Notes under the pieces: model-generated
What the model was told of the DNA's origin: nothing
The model's database searches: none
What the model saw: the letters and a program-made list of their open reading frames with translations, nothing else
Shown here: piece after piece, positions 58,589-64,000 of the stretch
How positions within the stretch are numbered: position 1 is the stretch's first letter
Layout: every line of letters begins with the position of its first letter
Program-made: the position numbers and the translations under genes
Source: a virus
Lineage: Duplodnaviria; Heunggongvirae; Uroviricota; Caudoviricetes
DNA: 64,000 nt
Strand: one strand, 5' to 3'
IMG/VR virus record: IMGVR_UViG_3300035517_000267
Span: 3,521-67,520 of that record

Positions 58589-58837
58589 TTAATAAAGTTC
58601 CTTTACTGTTATATTATTTGCATCATAATTGTTTAATTCGGTAAGTTTAACAAGCCTAGAAAATTCAGTGCTTATGGCGGGAGGGGCTATGATTCCAATA
58701 TCATAGTCTGCGTGACCATAGACAAGCTCAACAGCCTCTTCCGCAAGTGTAGCAACATTAGAACTGACCCAAATTTCTTGACCATTAACTATAGCTTTAG
58801 AATTTAGAGCAAATTCATCATAATTAATTACTATCAT
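58589..58837 (-). CDS. Hypothetical protein (82 aa)
   Basis: ORF track; ATGA overlap. Confidence 0.7.
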   Translation of the reverse strand: MIVINYDEFALNSKAIVNGQEIWVSSNVATLAEEAVELVYGHADYDIGIIAPPAISTEFSRLVKLTELNNYDANNITVKELY

Positions 58838-59184
58838 ATTTCCACGACTCCTGCTTCATAATTAAATAAAAGGTAAAGATATGCTTCATCGTTGTGCATT
58901 ATCCAAAACATAATACAATCATCATCATCACTGACTTTTATTTCTTTAACTACACCCAAGTTTTTTGTTATATCTATTATTTCTTTTGACATTTGTTTAA
59001 ATTGAAAGTCTTGAACAAAAGTATAAAGCGTATAATATCTTCTATCATTGCAAAGCATCATGTAATATTTACTAGGGTGCGAAGAAAGAAAAGACTGTAT
59101 TGTTTTTTGTGCTTTTCCAAAATTTTCCTTGGTATAATTTGGAAGCTGCGCGATTTGGCTACAATTAAACTCATAAGTTGTCAT
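58834..59184 (-). CDS. Hypothetical protein (116 aa)
   Basis: ORF track; TTGAAA-17-TATAAT promoter at 59211-59239. Confidence 0.7.
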   Translation of the reverse strand: MTTYEFNCSQIAQLPNYTKENFGKAQKTIQSFLSSHPSKYYMMLCNDRRYYTLYTFVQDFQFKQMSKEIIDITKNLGVVKEIKVSDDDDCIMFWIMHNDEAYLYLLFNYEAGVVEI

Positions 59185-59221
59185 TATTTTATTATCATCC
59201 TTTTATTTTTATTATATCATA

Positions 59222-59704
59222 TTATTTTATATTTTTCAAGTCTATAACTCTTTGATTGCGGGAGCCACGCATAAAGAGTGTTATATCACGCTCTGCTTCT
59301 ATAAAGGGTCCGTCTATAAGAACGTCAATAGTATCTAATATGCTTTTCATATGTGGATTTTCAGACTTTAAAAGTTCTTCATAAAGATAACCTGTCCAAA
59401 TATAAATTTTAACATTAGGATAATTCTCTCTTACTGTTGTGACTATTAAATTCGTTAAAAAGAGATTCTGTTCACATAACGGCTCGCCCCCTAGTACACT
59501 TAAATGGCGGTTAATTTGATTTTCTCCGATTGCTTCTAGAATCTCTTTCATCGTATCATAAGTAAATTCTTGCCCGCCATTAAAATCCCATGTTTCTTGG
59601 TTGAAGCAGCCACTACAATGATGTGGGCAGCCTTGGAGGTAGACTGAAACGCCTACCCCCGGACCATTTGCAATATCATTATGCTTAATTCGATTATATT
59701 TCAC
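59222..59704 (-). CDS. nrdG: Anaerobic ribonucleotide reductase activating enzyme (radical SAM)
   Basis: QGCPHHCSGC (CxxxCxxC), LGGEPL, DGPF...RGSRNQRVI; adjacent to nrdD. Confidence 0.95.
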   Translation of the reverse strand: MKYNRIKHNDIANGPGVGVSVYLQGCPHHCSGCFNQETWDFNGGQEFTYDTMKEILEAIGENQINRHLSVLGGEPLCEQNLFLTNLIVTTVRENYPNVKIYIWTGYLYEELLKSENPHMKSILDTIDVLIDGPFIEAERDITLFMRGSRNQRVIDLKNIK

Positions 59705-59722
59705 ATCATTTACTTCTTTCTA

Positions 59723-62700
59723 TTAGTCTAAATGATACACTCTATCATGAATATCGGCAGCTCTACCCTCGTTAAAGGGGTTTGTCGAGATATACCCACA
59801 AACTCGAAGAGCAATGTTCATTTCCTCAAAATTGTCGTTTCCGCACTGCGGACAATGAAACTTTAAATCATTACCCATCTTGATGTCAGTACATCCACAT
59901 CTATGACAATAAGAAGTCATAGTATTGATTTCTGCGTACATGATATTATCATAAATATATTGAATAATCTGAAGCAGGGCGGGAATGTTCTTGGTCATAT
60001 TAGGCGTCTCAACATAGCTAATTGCTCCGCCTGGCGAGAGTTCTTGGAACTCAGATTCAATTTTGAGTTTATTAAAAGCATCAATATGCTGTGCAGGAGT
60101 AATATGATAGCTATTGGTAACGTAATCCTTATCTGTAATACCTTCAATAATGCCAAATCTTTTCTTTAAGCATTTGGCAAACTTATAAGTAGTGCTTTCT
60201 ATAGGACTACCATAAAGAGAAAAACCTATATTAGTTTCTTCTGCCCATTTATCCGTTGCGTTTTTAAGAGTCTGCATAACTTTTAATCCAAATTCTTTTC
60301 CATTTGCTTCTAATTGAGAAGTGCCAATCATGTAATGAATACATTCATACAAACCGGCATATCCAAGAGAAATAGAACTATAGTTATTATAAAGCAATGG
60401 ATCAATAACTTCACCTGGTTTTAATCTTGCTATTGCTCCATGCTGCCATAAAATAGGTGCTACATCAGACTTAGTACCCTTTAAACTATTATGCCTAATC
60501 ATAAGAACATCATAGCACATTTGAAGGCGCTCTTCCAAAATCTTCCAAAATTCTTCCATATTACCTTTAGAAGATAAAGCTACATCTACGAGATTAATCG
60601 TACATACACCTTGGTTAACAAAATTAGACTATCTCTTCACTACTATGAGTAGTGTTGCGCGCTTCGAGCAGAGACAAATCCTGCTCTACTGGGTTACATT
60701 CATCACCCATAGTCGTTACACCTTTCTTAATATCCAAATTCTTACAAAGATAGTAGTCAATAATTTCGTATCTATCTTTAAACCAATTTCTAGTAAACAT
60801 TCTCTTAACGCTTCCATTTTTACATGGATGACCGCTATATCCAATAAAGTCACTTGCTGGACAAAAGGTTAAAGTTTGTTTAATATCTTTATCATAAACT
60901 GTTAGAACCCAAGTATTGCCAACTCTATGATTGTTGTTTGCACAATCTTTAATATTTTCTTTTTGACTTCCTAAATAAAGATTGTTAATATTATTATTAA
61001 ATTGATTGTCATCTTTATGGAGGACTTGTTCTCCGTCTTGAATATCTCCAATCCATGTTTCATATACAATCTTATGAATTGGATAGTGTTTTTGCCCTTC
61101 TCCAAAATTAATATCAATATAATAATACTGTTTTCCTTTTTGTCCTCTTAGTAATGGCTTTAAAATTTTACGAGAATATTCTGAGTAAATATTACCATTT
61201 TCATCACAGTAATATTTTGTATCTTGAAATCGTTTAAAAGTAATTCCTTGAATGGATATTGTTTTCATATATAAAAACTCCTTTATTATTAGTTATTATA
61301 TTAAGACTTGGCACGGTATTGTCCATTATGGCTTTCACCGTTAGCAAGCATATCGCTCACACCCCTTTGTCACGGGTTCACGCAATTTAACGTCGGCTTA
61401 ACCTTTAAGTAGTCAACCGACCCCAGAATTTATGCTTTCCAGTAGCAGGGTCTATGTAGTCCTGAAGGAAGCTTCTGCACCCCATACAGCCAAACACCTG
61501 ACCACTTTTAAGCTCTCTCATTTTCTTCGCAGAGATATAATCGGGAACCAAACGTTTAGCGCTACATTCTGCTGCTAACTCAGTTAAATACCAATATTGG
61601 CTGGTTTCATGGATATTGTTTTCATCAAGAGTGTAAAGAAGTTTAGGAAAGGCTGTAGTAATAGGTATGCCTTGTTCATTCTTTACGCCCGCAATACGCT
61701 GCTTTAAGACCTCTTCAATAATTAGTGCCAAATCATGCTGAAGTTGTTCATCATAGCTTGGATTAATCCACATAAATATCGAGGTAAATGGGGCTTGCAG
61801 GCCCCTCTATTTATTTCTAAATAGCTTAGACTATCTTTTCATCTGTTCTAGATGGACGGTCTTTCGGAATAAGGGCTTTCACCTTAAACCTACTCCCAAT
61901 AAGGGATAGTCGTTACACCTTCTTCCCCAAATAGGAAAGCTTGGCACGGTATTGGCATGACATTTTCGATTTAGAATATATTTGGATATAACTCATGGAG
62001 TTGTTTTCTCAAAGGAACATTTTTAATTCTTGTCATCTTATCTGGCACAATTAAACTATTATCTTCATTCATATATAAGAAAACATATCCTCCGGTGCTA
62101 CCTCTTTCGCCTCTTGCTGTTGCACAGACATGAGAAAAACAAATACCGAGCTCTTTTGCGGCTTCACAAGCTGACCCATAGACTTTCCCAGTTGTTAGCT
62201 CCATAATTTTTTTAGAAGTAGCATTTTGTTCTCCTGTTTTTCCATACATATGATTCAATTTTCCTCGTTGTGCGTCTCCTATTTTCTTTCTTGTCTCTTC
62301 AGAACGAGGACCTTGTCCTCTTCCACCTATATCTGAGTTATATCCATTCTAAGTTGTTAGACTCTTATATTCTTTAATATAAGCGACTTCTTTTTCATCT
62401 AATTCTTTTTGGCTATTAATGCCACTTTCAATAATTTCCCAGGTAAAATGTTCTATACCATGTTCTCTCATTGCTTGAATAATTGGTCTAGTGCAACTCT
62501 TAGATTGAATCTCTCCTTTATAAGTTTGGATGCGACCTTTAAGATTGTCATATATGGTTTGTCCAATATAGACTTTATCATTAAAATCATTAGTTATTTT
62601 ATATATTATCAAGATTTTTCCCTCCTTTACTCAAGAATATTTATATCCTAAATCGAAAATGCTTTAGCGTTCACCGTTAGCCCAGATAAATCTAGACACC

Positions 62701-63689
62701 CTATATTTATAGGTTAGCCGTCTACTCCTCTAAGATGTCCCCATCCTAGCGTGGCCATTCTATTAACCATTGGTTGTACTCATCGTTATAAGTTGGTATT
62801 GGATGGTTTGAATCCCGTCTTTAATCTCCTCAAGAACACGCTGTTCAGTGATTTGATCAATGAATTCATCAAGTTTACAATAATCATCTTGTGAGTCTAA
62901 ATAATCCAAAAAAATATCAGGTGCTGCATTTAATTCTGCAAACTCTTTCTCCACTTGTTTTCTAATTTTTTGGCGAGAAACATTGACAAAAGGTGCTAAG
63001 TGAGCAAGGTTGATGGTGTTACCACCGTACTGACACGATGCTACTTGCGTGATAATTTGAGTTACAACCGTGCAACAAGTACGAAAAGATTTTGGTGTTT
63101 CAATTTTTGTCTTGCTAATAACTGTACCATTTTGAAGCATATCTTCAAGGTTTATAAGCGAACAATTGTACATAGGCATGGCAGGGCTATAATCTGTATC
63201 ATGAATGTGAATAATCCCATCCTCATGGGCTTTCCAAATTTCTTTAGAAAAATAACTTTTAGCCATGTCTCGACAAGAAAAACCGGCAATATAATCTCTC
63301 ATAGTGGGAATAATACGAGTATCTTTATTGCTATTTTCTTTCTTAGATTCTTCATCCTTGCCAGTAATAAGAGCATTAAATTTACCATAAAGTTCATCTT
63401 TTAGAGCGCGCTCTTTTTCTTTCGCATACCTATATCTAACATATGCTTTAGCAACATCTTTTCTTTCAGAATCCATTAAAAAATATTCAACCATATCTTG
63501 AATTTCTTCGACAGTCATATCTCTTTCCAGAGTTTTGGCTTTATATTTAATTTCATCGGCTATATTTTCAGCAGTTTCATCTTCATATAAAATACCATCT
63601 ACTTCAATAAAAGCTTTATTAATTGCATCTACAATTTTTTGTTTATCAAATGGAACTGTAATGCTGTTTCTTTTTACTACATTTATCAT
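59723..63689 (-). CDS. nrdD: Class III anaerobic ribonucleotide reductase, join(complement 62766..63689, 61416..61797, 59723..60618), 733 aa
   Basis: N-terminal ATP cone, IHIHD, TTNG/QAPF, MGCRS, GR/FNQGVCTINL, CxxC pairs, RVCGY glycyl-radical motif; exon frames join exactly. Confidence 0.93.
60619..61415 (-). mobile_element. Group I intron 2 of nrdD (797 nt)
   Basis: P1 GUCGGU/GCCGAC and P10 UUAACC/GGUUAA are perfect; GCTAACGGTGAA, AATACCGTGCC, GTAACGACTA, GATAGTCT core; terminal G. Confidence 0.92.
60624..61268 (-). CDS. HNH homing endonuclease in nrdD intron 2 (214 aa)
   Basis: HKIVYETW...VLHKDDNQFNNNINNL; AAGGAG RBS. Confidence 0.85.
   Translation of the reverse strand: MKTISIQGITFKRFQDTKYYCDENGNIYSEYSRKILKPLLRGQKGKQYYYIDINFGEGQKHYPIHKIVYETWIGDIQDGEQVLHKDDNQFNNNINNLYLGSQKENIKDCANNNHRVGNTWVLTVYDKDIKQTLTFCPASDFIGYSGHPCKNGSVKRMFTRNWFKDRYEIIDYYLCKNLDIKKGVTTMGDECNPVEQDLSLLEARNTTHSSEEIV
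61798..62765 (-). mobile_element. Group I intron 1 of nrdD (968 nt)
   Basis: Exon ends GGU, P1 with GCCA; core motifs as in intron 2; terminal G; long stem CATTTTCGATTTAG/CTAAATCGAAAATG encloses the ORF. Confidence 0.9.
61971..62612 (-). CDS. GIY-YIG homing endonuclease with NUMOD3-type segments (213 aa, 1 TAG)
   Basis: IIYKITN...VYIGQT; fragments 62349 and 61971 join in frame across one TAG giving TQNGYN. Confidence 0.88.
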
Positions 63690-63739
63690 AAGTCCAACTC
63701 CTTTTTTTATACTATATATTGTGTTTTACTTAAAATAAA

Positions 63740-64000
63740 TTAATCAGAATTGTCCATACTAATAATCTCAACAGCCTTAATTAGATCATCAGGAGTTTCA
63801 TTATCAAGAGGAATAAAAGGTATATCAGAAATATAGGTAAAATCGTCCTTGTCTGCGGAAAAGCGTCTTATAATCTCGCCAATGCATGGATTCTCTTCTC
63901 TATTAAGCTGACGTAGTAGACGCTCTTTTGCGGACGTCCGCAAATAATACACTTTAGCTTCTACTTTTTTGTCATTTATTAGTTGTCGTATACCCTCGGG
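63740..64000 (-). CDS. C-terminal part of a guanylate-kinase-like protein (5' end outside window)
   Basis: Frame open to the window edge: PEGIRQL...YYLRTSAKERLLRQLNRE...RRFSADKDDF. Confidence 0.55.
   Translation of the reverse strand, partial: PEGIRQLINDKKVEAKVYYLRTSAKERLLRQLNREENPCIGEIIRRFSADKDDFTYISDIPFIPLDNETPDDLIKAVEIISMDNSD

Overview
This 64 kb window is part of a large tailed dsDNA phage genome (siphovirus-type, SPbeta/c-st-like head module, probably infecting an anaerobic Firmicute). It uses genetic code 15: TAG reads as Gln, so the supplied ORF track is badly fragmented. Re-reading with TAG=Gln joins the fragments into full genes. Layout: (1) 1-5.9 kb, leftward array of small TAG-free early genes with consensus sigmaA promoters and repeated intergenic modules; (2) 6.2-47.0 kb, rightward morphogenesis block (terminase, portal, scaffold/protease, major capsid, neck, major tail, ~2940-aa tape measure, baseplate and fibre proteins); (3) 47.0-57.3 kb, accessory, lysis and host-range block with a Cys-rich gene cluster, holin-like genes, a small serine invertase/resolvase, two divergent paralogous tail-fibre genes around a ~140-bp segment bounded by inverted repeats, and a complete diversity-generating retroelement (VR, avd, TR, RT) targeting one fibre; (4) 57.3-64 kb, leftward nucleotide-metabolism genes (RuvC-like, dut, nrdG, nrdD, guanylate-kinase-like). 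Five group I introns are present, three with homing endonucleases. The most notable candidate system is an invertible switch between a static fibre and a DGR-hypervariable fibre, with both the invertase and the RT dependent on TAG recoding. No tRNA (including an amber suppressor) or endolysin was recognised in the window. All annotation is by eye; no database searches were run.
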